Shown here: in pieces, positions 25,242 to 38,130 of the stretch
How the letters are laid out: each line of letters begins with the position of its first letter
Position numbering within the stretch: the stretch's first letter is position 1
DNA from: Aplysia californica
Lineage: Eukaryota
NCBI RefSeq assembly: GCF_000002075.1
Contig: NW_004797603.1
Span: 232,250 to 296,249 of the forward strand
Direction of reading: 5' to 3'
DNA: 64,000 bases
Notes under the pieces: model-generated
What the model was told of the DNA's origin: nothing
Database searches by the model: none
Seen by the model: only the letters and a program-made list of their open reading frames with translations
Made by a program: the position numbers and the translations under genes

Positions 25242-27380
25242 ACAGGTTAAAAACCTTCCAAAGGGAAGGAATTTCTTTTTCTGTTTCCGCATTAGACAGG
25301 TTTTCGTTTTATAGATCTAGAGGTGATTATGAATTATAGAAGAAGTAGAATTTATCAAGGGGGAGTGGGGGGATTCTGTTATAAATTATATTATAATTAC
25401 TGGTTTTTGTAGGCAGCTTCACCAGAAAATGAAAAAAAACTGTCGCATCTGTGTTTCTTCTGAATGGAATTCTCACAGTTCGAAATTTTAATCAAAGTCC
25501 AAATTAAGGGAAAATGAAACATGGATATCTTGTGTTATATAGTTTCACTATATGCTTGCTTTGGGTTTTATAAAAATACACACTTTTTTTTCCCATGAAT
25601 TTCGATAGCTCAACTAATTTAATTATTTTGAAATATTTGATGTTTTTTGTTTAATGTATTTCACAAAGCTTATATTATTTGTATAGTAATATTTCACATT
25701 TTACTTTTAAAAAATAAATGGTGGGGGGCATGCCCCCTGATGTAAAAAAAATATGGAGATATCGGGGGGAGGGGCAAGGACCTGTATTTCCCCAATGTTT
25801 GAAATTTTCTATTAAGTTTTACTTTCACTCCCGCTCTCTCAGATGCACTGCTTATGTGTGTGTCAAAGGCTTTTATTTTTTTAATCTTTTTTTTTTGGCT
25901 GCAGATCACACTATGTCCGAGAATACAAAAAATTAATTATTTTCAAGAAAATCTTAAACCTTAAAATTATGGGGAAGAGTAAGGGGGGGGGGGGGGGGCA
26001 GGGCAGGTTTAGGGTGATATGGTTTGAATAAAAACCATCAAGTCAAGTATTTTACACTTTCCATGAGATCAGATTCAGTGTAGTTTATTGATCACTGCTT
26101 CATTTACTTTTTGATCACTTCTGATAACACTCCAGACTCCCATTGTATTATTTCTATCCAGGAAGTAACAAAGTTTAGGAATGTCATTAATTGGTTGCAG
26201 TTCTGTAACATTGCTAATTCAATCCAGGTTCTCTCTTCCTACATTGCTGATGAAAATATATTGAAATTTCTTTTCTTTTGTATTATTATATTCTTCTTTA
26301 TGCTCAATAAATTATTAAGATCAGATACCAATGAATTATTGATTTTTGTCTGCCAAGAAACCTTGAGTTTGAGTCCCGAGTCAAACGATTCATAAATAAA
26401 AAATACAATATCCATGCAATCCTCTTCTGATTATTCATTACCTCACTCACTTTGTTCATCTTGCCATAAAATCAGCATAATGCTATTCAGTTAATTCATA
26501 AGTCATTTTATACCGTAATATAGTTCTTCTTTGAGCATACAGTGTGTGCTCCTCAGCTGCTCAAAGCCTCAAGATGAGATATATTATGCACTCAACAGAT
26601 GTGTGTCAGCTTTGTTGGGGGGAGAAACGTAATCTGTGTAGAGCACAATGGAATATTGATTACAATTAGGATAATGTGTGGCTTTGCTTCTCAAGCTATG
26701 ATTTTGTGTGAGGAGATACAATCTTTGCCTCACTGAGATCTTGCCCTTGCACAAGTATCTCCACTTTAAAGAAAATTTACGTTTTGTTGTTATTGTTAAA
26801 AATGGTGCTGGTGAACTGAGTGATGTATGGCATGAATATGTTACAATGTGTAATGAGGCGCACTGTAATTTGGAAAGATGATATTGAAATGACTTTGACA
26901 ATTCCTTAAGTGGTCAGCAAGGAAGGAAATGTCAGGGGGATTGTTTTGATTATTGATCAGGGGAACATCACAATCATCAATTAACCTTATAGTGTTTTTG
27001 GTTATTATCTTTGTGGTTTTTGTCATAGAAAGATAAGATTATTATTCTTGTCTCTATCTTCTGTTGTGCGGGAAGGGTTCAATATTGACTATTGACTTCC
27101 TCATCATATATAATTTTATTTCCATTTAATCTCTTCATACAAATGGTCATGGATTTATTAATTTGTCTGAAATTTCAAATTCTTTATCTTTCAGGTGTTA
27201 CTACATCAGCTGGTAACGGAAGTGGCGAAAACGACACCGAGTTCTGGATATATTATACCCATTTGATCTTCTTTCTCCACACCAACAGCTGACAAGGACT
27301 CTCCTCTTCTTCAAGTAGTCAACACCAACTACTTTTATTTCTGACTTTTCAATTGCCTGAGGAGCAATCTGACTTTCAAA

Positions 27381-30300
27381 ATGTGGCAATCTAGGTTTAC
27401 GACAAAGATGAAAATTGCATCCATTCTGTTTTGTTTACTCATGATCACAAAATGGACGGTCCCGGTGAGTGCTTTGTCAGAAGACGACTCGATCAGCGTT
27501 CGAAAGCCGGCGTCGCGTCAGGTGCTTTCTCTGCCCGATGACAAGGATGCAGAGAACAAAGATGACAAATCAAAGTTGGACGTGATTGATGTTGAATCAA
27601 AAGACAAGGTAAGAAAGTTTTGTTATTGTACTAATTAATTAAAAATTTCGCTTCAGTGTTTTTGCTTTGCGGACATTTTAGAAAATCCTAATCACGATTT
27701 AAATGCCCTTGAAGGATGGAATATGTAGGTAGAGTAAAAATGACTCTATAAAGCCAGACATCATCGACTTTTAATGAACTAATGTATTAAAACTTGTTAG
27801 TTTTCTGTTTTGGGAAATGCCTTTTTGTTTATTTTAAAGTGTCATTTTGCAAATAATGTTTGACTTAACGGTTGACTTTTAAGTTATTACTGCAAAAGAC
27901 GATTGAAAAAATGTTCTTTCTCCCGTTGTGTCATTGGTTCTGTTATAATCAGCTAGTCATGTTTCTGGAATCATCGCTCAATTACAAATTACAGTGACAT
28001 GTGTGAGATACTGTCTGGAAAGGCTGCCACTCTGTCTTTAGTTTAACTCCTGAACTCTTTATCTCCGACGATCCGTGCCCAGCCTCTTGCGGTTGGAACT
28101 ACTGTGCTAGTGGTCCACTGTTACTGTTAGCAGCCCGGTCACTTTCCTTCATGACGATGACAGTCAGCCAAAATAGGTCTTTCCTACGGGGAGTTCTTTC
28201 ATTAGATGAACTATCAAAACAGGTTAATCTGTTTTGATTTAATAACCAATTTAGTGACATCTATGTCACTCTCAGGTTTCATACCAAAAGAGGGCTTCAG
28301 CTTAATGGGGAAAAAACCCTCTCCAGAGGTAAAGAGATAAAAATGTCATGGATTTTTGTGTCTTTCTCTCCCACTCAACAATTTATGACCACCATGGTAT
28401 GTATCTGTATCATCCTACCATTCACCTCTGTGTGAGATCCCATGTTTTTCCCTTGCGCCTGTGATGTTGTTTTGGTTTGTTCCTTTCCAATGGTTGCTGA
28501 CAGGGCGGAAGTTCTGATTAGCTCCCTTACTGAACATGCTGTAGATATGGGATTTGCACTAAGCAAATGTGAGGCCCGCTGACAAAATGAGTTTCTTCTA
28601 TCATTCCATGAATGGAGATATCAGCCAAAAATTGACATAGGGGTCAAATTTGTACATTTTTAACAGATGCCAATTTCTTCAAGTTTTTAACACTTTGCAC
28701 CCACGCAGCCTGCAGAGCGCACAACACTTGTCCCCACGGAACATGATTCATATGCAGTACATCAGTGCTACACCTGTATCTCAGCAAAAATATCCCAACC
28801 AACCATTATTACAATTTCAGCGTACTGAGAAAATAAAAGTGATGATCGCATGTTCACCAAAAAAGGAATTAAAATCAGAACTGAAAACATTAGATCAAGC
28901 TCATTCATCGCCCAAATTCTCATCATGGCGAAGAGTAAAGCTTCTTATTGTCACTGATTGGCATCCCGTAGGGGCAAAGTGCTTGTTATTTCATACTAAT
29001 AATTCAAACAAACTATATTTTGCCATTTCCATTGGTCCAAAATTCAAGAAGTATCTCATTTGTCAGCATGCCTCACAAATGCTATATATTTATCATCATT
29101 AATGAATGAGTTCTTATGTCTTCAATACAGGAGGGAGATGCGGTGGGCGATCTGGGCGGGGGTCTCATGTCTGTGCTGAAGGTGGACAAAGATGGCACGG
29201 GGTTCACGCACGCCTTCATCGCCTCGCTCAGCGTCATCATCGTGTCGGAGCTCGGGGACAAGACGTTCTTCATCGCCGCCATCATGGCCATGACCCACTC
29301 GCGGCTCACCGTCCTCCTGGGGGCTCTGAGTGCCCTGGGTATCATGACCATCTTGTCGGGTCAGTCGTGTCTTTGTTGTGCTCTTCCTCGTTTCCTCTCT
29401 CTCTCTTTGTGTGAGATCAACAGTGTCTTTTTTTTCTTTCTCTTTTCCTCTCACTTTGAGATCTACAGTGCCTTTCTTCTCTTACTCTTTTTCTTTCTGT
29501 CTTCTCTTTCTCTTTTCCTTTCTTTCTTCTCTTTCTCTTTTTCTTTCTGCTCTTCCTCGTCTCCTCTCTCTCTTTGTGAGAGATCAACAGTGTCTTTTTT
29601 TTTTCTCTTTGTCTTTTCCTCTCTCTTTGTCTGAGATCAACAGTGCCTTTCTCCTCTTTCTCTTTTTCTTTCTCCTCTATCTCTTTTCCTTTCTTTCTTC
29701 TCTTTCTCTTTTCCTTTCTTCCTTCTCTTTCTCTTTTCCTTTCTTTCTTCTCTTTTTCTTTTCCTTTCTTTCTTCTCTTTATCTGTCTTTCTTCTCTTCC
29801 TCTTTTCCTCTCACTTTGTCTGAGATCAACAGTACCTTTATAATAATTCTCTTTCTCTTTTCCTCTCACTTTGTGCGACATGGACAGTGTCTTTCTTCTC
29901 TTTCTCTTTTCCTCTCACTTTGTGTGTGATTGACGTTGTCTTTCTTCTCTCAGTCTTTTTCTCTCAACTTGTGTGATATGGACAGTGTCTTGTTTTGATG
30001 GCTACCTATGTAGCCACTGAGATTTTCCTTTAACAAATCGTAACGACTGCTCAGTTTAAGACTGTCGTACACCTCTCCTTTTAAAATGAGATATTTGAAG
30101 AGCAAAGTGTTAAGTCTGCTAATTCATTTCTTTTTTTTTTAAAGTGTAATTATAACTGTACATATTTTACAGCCCCCTCAACATCATTTAGGTTATTTTA
30201 TGGTCTTTTCTCTGTTTTGTTCACAGCTCTTGTTGGATATGCCACCACTGTGATTCCCAGGGCTCTGACTTTCTATGTGTCCTCTGCCCTGTTTGCTATC

Positions 30301-33300
30301 TTTGGATTGAAAATGTTGAGAGAAGGTAAGACTATTCGCTAACCTAGAATTACATAGCTCTATCTGCTCAGTACCTAGTTTTGAGAAGTTTGACGTAAAA
30401 AATTGGGAACTTCACAGCGTGTTAGGCTTATACGAATGCAATTCTCTGAAGACCTTGACAATGACTCTGAATAATCTTACAATTTTGGTAGAGCAGATAG
30501 AACATATGGTTTATGACCTCATGGTCTTAGTTACTCAAAACGGCCAAAAATGTGAGGTACAGCTTTGTTATTCAAAGGTAGTGAACTGTTGACAGATCTA
30601 TCACTTTTTTGTGTGGTGGAGTGGCTGGTTAAGGTTTGGACTCTATCTGAGAGTTTGTTTGCAATAAAGAGCTCGGTTAGAGAATGTTTTGCATAAGGTG
30701 CTTAACAGGTTTAAAACAACTTTGTTCAGTCGAAATTGTCTTAGACAGCCACACTCATTGTTGAGGAGAAAAGGGGCCATCTAAGACTGGTGGAGGAAGT
30801 ATTTAGGAGAAAAAGACAGAGCCCAGTCAGAGATGAGGTGGAATGAAGGGGGCGGGCTGATGGTTTGGAGATTCTTTCAGGAAGTCAAGCAGCTGTATAA
30901 TAAAGAAAGTGTTGGATTAGAACGCACAGGGTAAAATATCAAGGGGAAGACCACGCGGAACCGGGAGATGAGCCACAGAAATTGATGAACTGAAAAGTGG
31001 GAAGACATGAAATAACATCAAGCGGCTAGCCCAGGACGGAAAATTTAGAAAGTGTTTTGTTCGTGGCCTATATCCTGATCCAGGGTGAGAAACGCAATGA
31101 CGATGAAGACAGGTGAATGTCTCGCTCCGTATCATTATAATGTTTAAAAAAAAACGCCAAGGGGGAAATGGGATGTGGTCGATTGTACAGGTGATTGTCT
31201 TATACAGGTGGCCCTTAGAACAGGTTCCACTTTTGTTATTGAGTTTGGTCTAATGATTCTTAAGATGTAGGTGGCTGTACGGCTTGGTGGGCTCTTTTCA
31301 AGGCACAGGAGATTTTGATATATTTTCAATTTTTGTGGCGTTGATGGCCTAGTTGTTAAGCTCTTGGGCTTGCAATGGTAAAACAAGTGGGTTCGAATCC
31401 TGTTAGGGGTGGGACATTGTGTCTTTGGGAAAAGCACTTTTCGCCAATTTTCTTATCTTCGCTTGGCTACAGACAGCGAAAGATCTAATTAGTTTGTTAG
31501 TGTTTGAGCTCTTAATCAGCTACTTGCACTTTGCGCATCTCTGGAAACTGAGAATGTTTCTGTGTGTTTTGCAATCTGCAGGGGTAACAGTATTGTCTAA
31601 AGCACATGGATTTTACTACCGAACTATGTGTTACAACGCAGTGGAATCAGGTGCTTGTCAATTTTTGGGCATAGGGAGTTCTTGGTATCATCTGAAAGCT
31701 TATTCATTTGTCTTGCTTTCAATTTAGAAAATAACCATCTGTCTTGAATAGAAGCCGAAATATTTCCTATTTAAGAAGGTAGGGGTGATCTCATTTCGGA
31801 GGTAAATTTATCGAGAAAATGGCCGCCAAAGTTTGGTAATTTCCATAGCTTGAGAGTGCTTGAGAAATGAAAATTCACAATTTTTTTGTGTTCTCAATCA
31901 ATGGTTTTCAATATAGTCCAGACACAAATTTATTTTTAAATAGGCATAAAAGGCATTGAGCCAAAAAACAAAAATTCGATTAAAAATTGCCTAACTGGCA
32001 GAAAAATGACGTTTTCGACGATTTCATTATTTTGACGGACACCTGATTTCACCGCAATGCCTCACATATGTGCTATGCAAATGCTATTTATTATTATTAT
32101 TATTATTATTATTAGGGGCTGTTCAAATATAATCTTACACCTGGAAGGTGAGGTAAAAAAAAAATCACGAGGAAAAAAGGATGGCCTTGGTCAAAAAAGG
32201 CTTCATAGGCCAAAGAGTGTGCAGTGGCCACGAGGGATGTGGAAAATATTTTCCAAGTATTGCAGCATTGAAGAAGCACAGGGCTTTACATGTGACGGAG
32301 GAAGAAATGGAGGTGGAGGAAAAAATGGAGGTGGAGGAAGAAGAGAAAGAAGAGGAGAGAGAGCAGGAACAGGACCCAGATTTGGAAGACAGGTCAGCAG
32401 ATGCCCCTGTTTTTGTAAAAAAAAATTAACATAATGATGAACGCTGCCTTTGTTGATGATCACTAATTTCACTTTTTGTTTCAAGCATAATGATTAGTAA
32501 TAACAAATACAGTGGAATCCTGATAAGGTCAAAATCTTGCTTACAGTCAAAACCTCATTGTGGTCCCGTTCCTTACCTTCTTTGTTCAAGTAATTGTATT
32601 TCTGATACAGTCAACTGCTTCAGTGTTACACTTGCGTAAAGTCAACAATTTGTGGCTAAATCCCGAGATGAATTAGAAGAGATATCTAGGGCCTGGGCTA
32701 GTGGTGTACACACCTCCAATTACTTTGTTCATTCATTATCTCTTGTTTTGGTGACAACTTCAGAATTATGCTCACTGAAATTGAGCTAACACCTTGTTAC
32801 CAGTTCCAGGTTTTTTATAATTTTGTAGCTGCCATCTTCAATTTTCAATGGCCAGTAGATCTAGTACAATGGAATAAGTCAACCTTGCTCAAAGTCAACA
32901 ATTTTTATTTGGTCCCGAAGTGTTGACTTTATTTATCAGAATTCCACTGTAATTTTTCATTTTTTATTTGTAAATGTAAGGCGCTATTGAAACTGACATG
33001 AGACCCAATTTTTCCTCATTAGTAAGAAAGAGTATATGCAATATTTTGCTTGAATGATTTACTCAGTTATTTTTTAGTGAATGTAGAACTGCATATATTA
33101 TTATGTGCATATGTGTGTGTATGCATGTTTTTCATGAATGCTATGTAAAGCGCATAGATAACTGATTGTAACACGGATTTGCGCGATATAAATGTCATTA
33201 TTATTATAAGGGAACATTACAATGGAATATTACAGAAGGGGGAGGCATATGTAAGAAAAGTNNNNNNNNNNNNNNNNNNNNNNNNNNNNNNNNNNNNNNN

Positions 33301-33383
33301 NNNNNNNNNNNNNNNNNNNNNNNNNNNNNNNNNNNNNNNNNNNNNNNNNNNNNNNNNNNNNNNNNNNNNNATTATTATTATTA

Positions 33384-33438
<55 letters not shown>

Positions 33439-36400
33439 CACCTTTATTTCACTAAAACTGAACTATGATGGATCTGTCAGCCATGTGACATGGATGAGGG
33501 CAGAGATATGCAGTCCATCTTAGAAGTTGTGCTAGTCAGTTTGTTTTGTCATTATTTTTCTGGGGAGCGTTGGAGACTGATTTCTGGGTAGATCATTTTC
33601 AGACTTTAAGATTATATCTCAACTAATTTTTCTATTGTTTTTGCTTAGTGGTCTAGATTCCTGTATAGTCTCTTTCCAAAAATGGAGTATTTGTCTGACT
33701 GCTTTGCTTGTGGAGCCATTTAACTCTCTATCTCTGGTGGAGGGTTTTCTCCCACTATGCCGGAGTCTTCTTTTGTCAGTTCCAAACCTGAGAATGACGT
33801 ACATATGTCACTATAAACAGACTTTGTGCTGTTGAAGCTAGAGAGGTGAATAGAGTGAGCCCGATTCCCTGTAAGGACTTCTCTGTTGACATCCACCCCT
33901 TGGCGTTCATATAACCTTATGCAGTTGCGAGCGCCGTAAAACCTCTACTAAAACTAAACTTGAAAAATGATTTTTCTTTCTGTGGTCAGGCTGGAACATG
34001 TCTGAGGATGAAGGTCAAGAGGAGTATGAAGAAGTGCAGGCCGATCTCAAACGTAGGGAGGATGAGGTGAGTGGAGGGAGGAGGAGAGGGACAAAGAAGG
34101 TTGTCCGTGTGAAACTCAAAGGTAGGGAGGAGGGGGATGATGTTGAGGGAGGTATATGAAAAAGTTCAGGCTGACCTCAAAGGTAATGGGGATGAGATAA
34201 AAGTGTGGCGCTTGGAGGGTTGTGCATTTTGCTTTAATTTTGTATAGCATTTGTGGTTGGTGGCATGGGTTGTTGGTGGGTGCTCTGATGTGGTTTGCTC
34301 CTCCTTTCGTTTCCAACGTCTATCTTCACTATCTCTCAGCGGTCAATGTAAACGACCTTCATTTTTTAAAAAATGTTAATGTTACTCTCTTGTAACATCT
34401 CTAATCTTCCGCACTTATATGACCTAATTGTGTTACAAGTGCTGTAAGACTCTAAAATATGATTTATTCCTTGTTTGGTTTATTAATGTTTGTCTGCCAT
34501 CTTCAGCTGGAGAAATAAAAAGTATTTATACCGTGTACTATCTGTCGTCTCTGGTCAGCTGGAAAAACAAAGCACCCCGGTCCAGGACTTGGAGTCTGGC
34601 GTCATCCGCACCCCTGGACGACGCTTCCTGGTCGGGATTCTGTCCACGGTGTTCCTCCAAGCCCTGACCATGACCTTCCTGGCAGAGTGGGGCGATCGCT
34701 CGCAGATTGCCACCATCATTCTGGGAGCCAGAGAGGTGAGTCGTAATCATGAGGTTGCGGGTTCGGGGGTTTGAGTCTCACCTTGGTCCGACGGTGTGTC
34801 CTTGGGAAAGGCACTTTACTCAAAATTACCATTTCATTAGGTCCTTTCGGAGATGGACGTTAAACTGGGAGATCCCGCCTCTTAAATAATCCTATAATAT
34901 TGATAGAGGCATTAAACCTATACAGTTTTTAGAGAGGTGAGACAGACCTTAGTCTGATAGTCTGATGATACGTGTCCACGTAGGAGCAAGAGAGATGAGA
35001 CAGAATTGAGTCTGGTGATACGTGTCTAGATGTTGTTTTCCTGTATGCACGGAGGTGGAGGAAATAATGCTAGGAATGTTGGGGAAGGAATGCCTCAAAG
35101 TTCTACAACACTCGATTTTATGGCTTCAAGGCAAAAGGAAGGCAAAGAAAAAGATGGATCGATTGAGTCGAAGAGACTGTTTAAAGGCACTATATAACGA
35201 TCCAAAAAACAACACACCTTGCCCACATCCGACAATTACATCTCCTCTTGACACCTTGCAGTAAGAGAGGACATAAAAAGAGAAAGAGGGGAAGGAAATG
35301 CCTCAGTTAGCCAGAGTGAAAACAGGACAATGATGACGCTGCACAGACATTACCTCAGAACTATTTTGTCCAAAGTTCACTCTTTGCTTAACCTTTCCAG
35401 CCCCAGTCATTTATGTGCACTCCCTAACTCCAGTACCAGCCAATACAGCAGTATTTCAGAAAAAGAGGCATGCATTCTAAAATGTGATGTCGCATCTTTG
35501 TAATGAGGTTTAGATAATAACATATAACAATGTTTAAAGGTAAATGAACTCAAAATATTATGAAAGTTAAAGTTTAAATTATGTTCGCAAATTTTGAAAA
35601 ATGCTCAAATTCGGGACCACCTGAAACTGAGAATATACGCTCTTGGGATGGAGGGTGGTACAAATGCTGCTGAAAATATACGCGCATGGGGCTGGAAGGG
35701 TTAAGTACACTTGGGACAAAATAGTTCTGAGGCGACGAATCGTAGGCTTTGTCTTGTCTCTTGACCCTCACCCAGCCTAAGTGGGTGGTTGGTGGGTACT
35801 CTTTTGTGGTTTGCTTCTTCTTTCCTATCAAACGTCTATAGTCTTTATCTCCCTCCTTCTTTTTTGTGTTTGTTACTCTCTTGTAACACCTCTAATCTTC
35901 GGCACTTCCATGACCTTATTGTGTTGCAAGTGCCGTAAAACTCTTACTAAAACTGAAAAACCTCTAATCTTCGGCACTTGCATGATTTGTATTGTGATGC
36001 AAGTGCAGTAAAGCTCTTACTACTAAAACTAAACCCGGCCTAAATTGTGTTACCTGGGGCCTAAAAATCTCCCAATTGTCTATTGTTTCAGGATGTGATT
36101 GGCGTGATAATAGGCGGCTGTCTGGGCCATGCCGCCTGCACGGGTCTGGCTGTGGTGGGGGGCAGGTTTATAGCACAGAGGATTTCCGTACGAACAGGTG
36201 AGTTGTCGCTGTCAGAAGTTTTTTGTTGTTACGTCGAGAACGCATCGCTGTTTCAAGTCTCGTCCAATGTGGGTGGTTGGCGGGAGCTTCTGTTGTGGTT
36301 AACTCTTAACTTTCCTTTCAAATGTCTTTTGACTTGTGGGTGGTTTGGGGGGNNNNNNNNNNNNNNNNNNNNNNNNNNNNNNNNNNNNNNNNNNNNNNNN

Positions 36401-38130
36401 NNNNNNNNNNNNNNNNNNNNNNNNNNNNNNNNNNNNNNNNNNNNNNNNNNNNGGGGGGCTCTGGTGTGGTTTGCTCCTTCTTTCTTATCAAACATCTATC
36501 GTCCTTACTCCCCTTTTTCTTTTTTATGTTTGTTACTCTCTTATATCACCTCTAATCTTCTGGCGCTCATAGGACCTTATGCAGTTGTGAGCGCCGCAAA
36601 ACCTCTACAAAAAAACCCCCCCAAAAACGTCTATCTCTCCGCCTCCTTTTCTTTGTATGTTACTCACTTGTAGCGCCTTATATTATGACCTAATTGTGAA
36701 GCAAGTGCCATTAAACTTTTTACTGAAGCTAGAACTAAAAACAAGTCTCAGTTTGTATGTGTTTTTAAGTCAGGAAAGTTTGTGGATTTTTGCTTCAGCC
36801 CAGTTGCTTTTTTTAATATATAATATACTCAGGACTGAAAATTTTTGTATTTTGTTTCAATCTTGGCTCAGTGGCAAGAAAAATATTGATCCTAATGTTG
36901 CCATGAGAACAGCGACATAATGCAGAAACACCTTAGCCTAGGTTTGATACTTCAAAGATACAGTGTGGAAATTGTTGCAGACGGCCACCTGATGTTGGGG
37001 AGAAAAGCGGTTGTCATTATTGTGGAAGGCGGGTGGTTGACGGGTGCTCTGGTGTGGTTTGCTCCTTCTTTCCTATCAAACATCTATCCTCCTTATTTCT
37101 CCTCCTTTTTTGTGTTTGTTACTCTCTTGTAACACTTCTAATCTTCGGCACCAATATGACCTTACTGTGTTGCAAGTGCCGTAAAACTCTTACTAAAACT
37201 AAAACTATTATGGAATTGGCCATTTGTGCAGGTGAATTTCTAATACATACAGGTGGCTGAGTGGATGGTTGGCGGATGCGCTAGTGTGGTTTTCTCCTTC
37301 TCTTCTATCAAACATCTATCGTCCCTATCTCTTCTTCATCCTTTCTTTGCATGTTTGCTTTCTTGCAACACCTCGGATCTTTGACACTTATATTTATTAT
37401 GACCTATGTGTTGTAAGTACTGTAAAACTTTTATTAAAACTAAACTGAACAGGTGGCCGTTAGAGAGCAAGTTCAATTGTAATTTTACTTCTTTCTGAGA
37501 TTTCTGTTCAGTGCCCACACTTGTTTGCGTTATGTTCAGTTTAGTGCTTGGAGTGTTGTGCACTATTTGATGCTCTCTCCCGATGATGCCTTGTACAAGT
37601 ACAGCCGGACTTGCTGTAATGATCACCTCTCCAAGACAATCACCTGTACGAAAGACTACCCCCCCGTCCTACCTTACCCCCACCTCCGTTGGCGGGTGCT
37701 CTGGCTGCGGTTTGCTTCTTCTTTCCTATCAAACATCTATCGTCTTCATCTTCCTTCCTTCCTTTTTGTGTACGTTACCCTCTTGTAACACCTCTACTCT
37801 TTAGCTCTTTTATGACCTTATTGTATTGCAACTGCAGTTAAAGACTTACTAAAACTAACACCCCTCCACTCCCACTCCCCCTTGCGTCTTTTGTATATTA
37901 TAACGACACTGTCCTAGACATCAACCTGTCTTAAGACATCAACCACTTATCTCCTCGATAATGTGTGGCCGTTTTGGAACAATTTCTACTACTGCAGTGG
38001 TAGCTGTAGGCCAGAATGTCATGAATACATTTCTTTCTTTTTTTTCTTTCTCTTTTCAGTGACCTTGATAGGAGGCGTCGTGTTCTTAATATTTGCCGTT
38101 TCTGCTTTGTGGTTCGGGCCCGAGACGTAA
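27381..38130 (+). CDS. TMEM165: TMEM165/GDT1 (UPF0016) Golgi Ca2+/Mn2+:H+ antiporter, 328 aa, 7 coding exons
   Basis: Coding exons 27381-27608, 29131-29359, 30227-30325, 33990-34066, 34559-34735, 36092-36197, 38060-38130; 987 nt in total, in frame, GT-AG introns. Two E-x-G-D-[KR]-[TS] motifs (ELGDKT, EWGDRS), acidic central loop EDEGQEEYEEVQADL, N-terminal signal-like segment. Likely non-coding first exon ending at 22566 (ctg|gtaagt) spliced to 27195. Confidence 0.95.
29360..29995. repeat. Pyrimidine-rich tandem array directly after a TMEM165 donor
   Basis: Recurring ctttgt(gt)gagatcaacagtg(t/c)cttt units separated by CT tracts. Confidence 0.8.
30915..31110 (+). mobile_element. RTE-type LINE 3' fragment
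   Basis: Decayed NAQGK..RGRPRGT and KRLAQD coding remnant; same 3' end as 10690-10890. Confidence 0.6.
31336..31470 (+). mobile_element. tRNA-derived SINE head
   Basis: tggcctagttgttaag (A box), gggttcgaatcc (B box), gtctttgggaaaagcacttt CORE-like segment. Confidence 0.7.
31627..32066. mobile_element. MITE family B copy (TMEM165 intron)
   Basis: tgtgttacaacgcagtggaatcaggtgcttgtcaa ... ttgacggacacctgatttcaccgcaatgcctcaca. Confidence 0.7.
32510..32949. mobile_element. Tc1/mariner-type (TA TSD) MITE
   Basis: TA|CAGTGGAATCCTGATAA ... TTATCAGAATTCCACTG|TA; internal AAGTCAAC repeats. Confidence 0.75.
35392..35700. mobile_element. piggyBac-type MITE
   Basis: TTAA|CCTTTCCAGCCCCA ... TGGGGCTGGAAGGG|TTAA. 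Confidence 0.85.
35781..36033 (+). mobile_element. Family A retro-element with duplicated 3' hairpin and tail
   Basis: Full copy at 35781-35960, followed by a second cctctaatcttcggcacttg..aagtgc..actaaaactaaac. Confidence 0.8.
37030..37205 (+). mobile_element. ~170-bp SINE-like retro-element (family A), representative copy
   Basis: ggtggttg(g/a)cgggtgctctggtgtggtttgctccttctttcctatcaaacatctatc..gttactctcttgtaacac..ggcac..gtgcc gtaaaactcttactaaaactaaaac. Other + copies at about 33900, 34262, 35781, 36271-36740, 37258, 37688, 40988, 43400, 45922, 47488 and 48012. Confidence 0.85.

Noticed and set aside
27195-27380. Two in-frame TGA codons between a uATG and the TMEM165 start, suggesting selenocysteine or readthrough
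   Set aside because: Two stops in 62 codons is what chance predicts. No SECIS was recognised, and ATG 27381 gives a normal-length protein.
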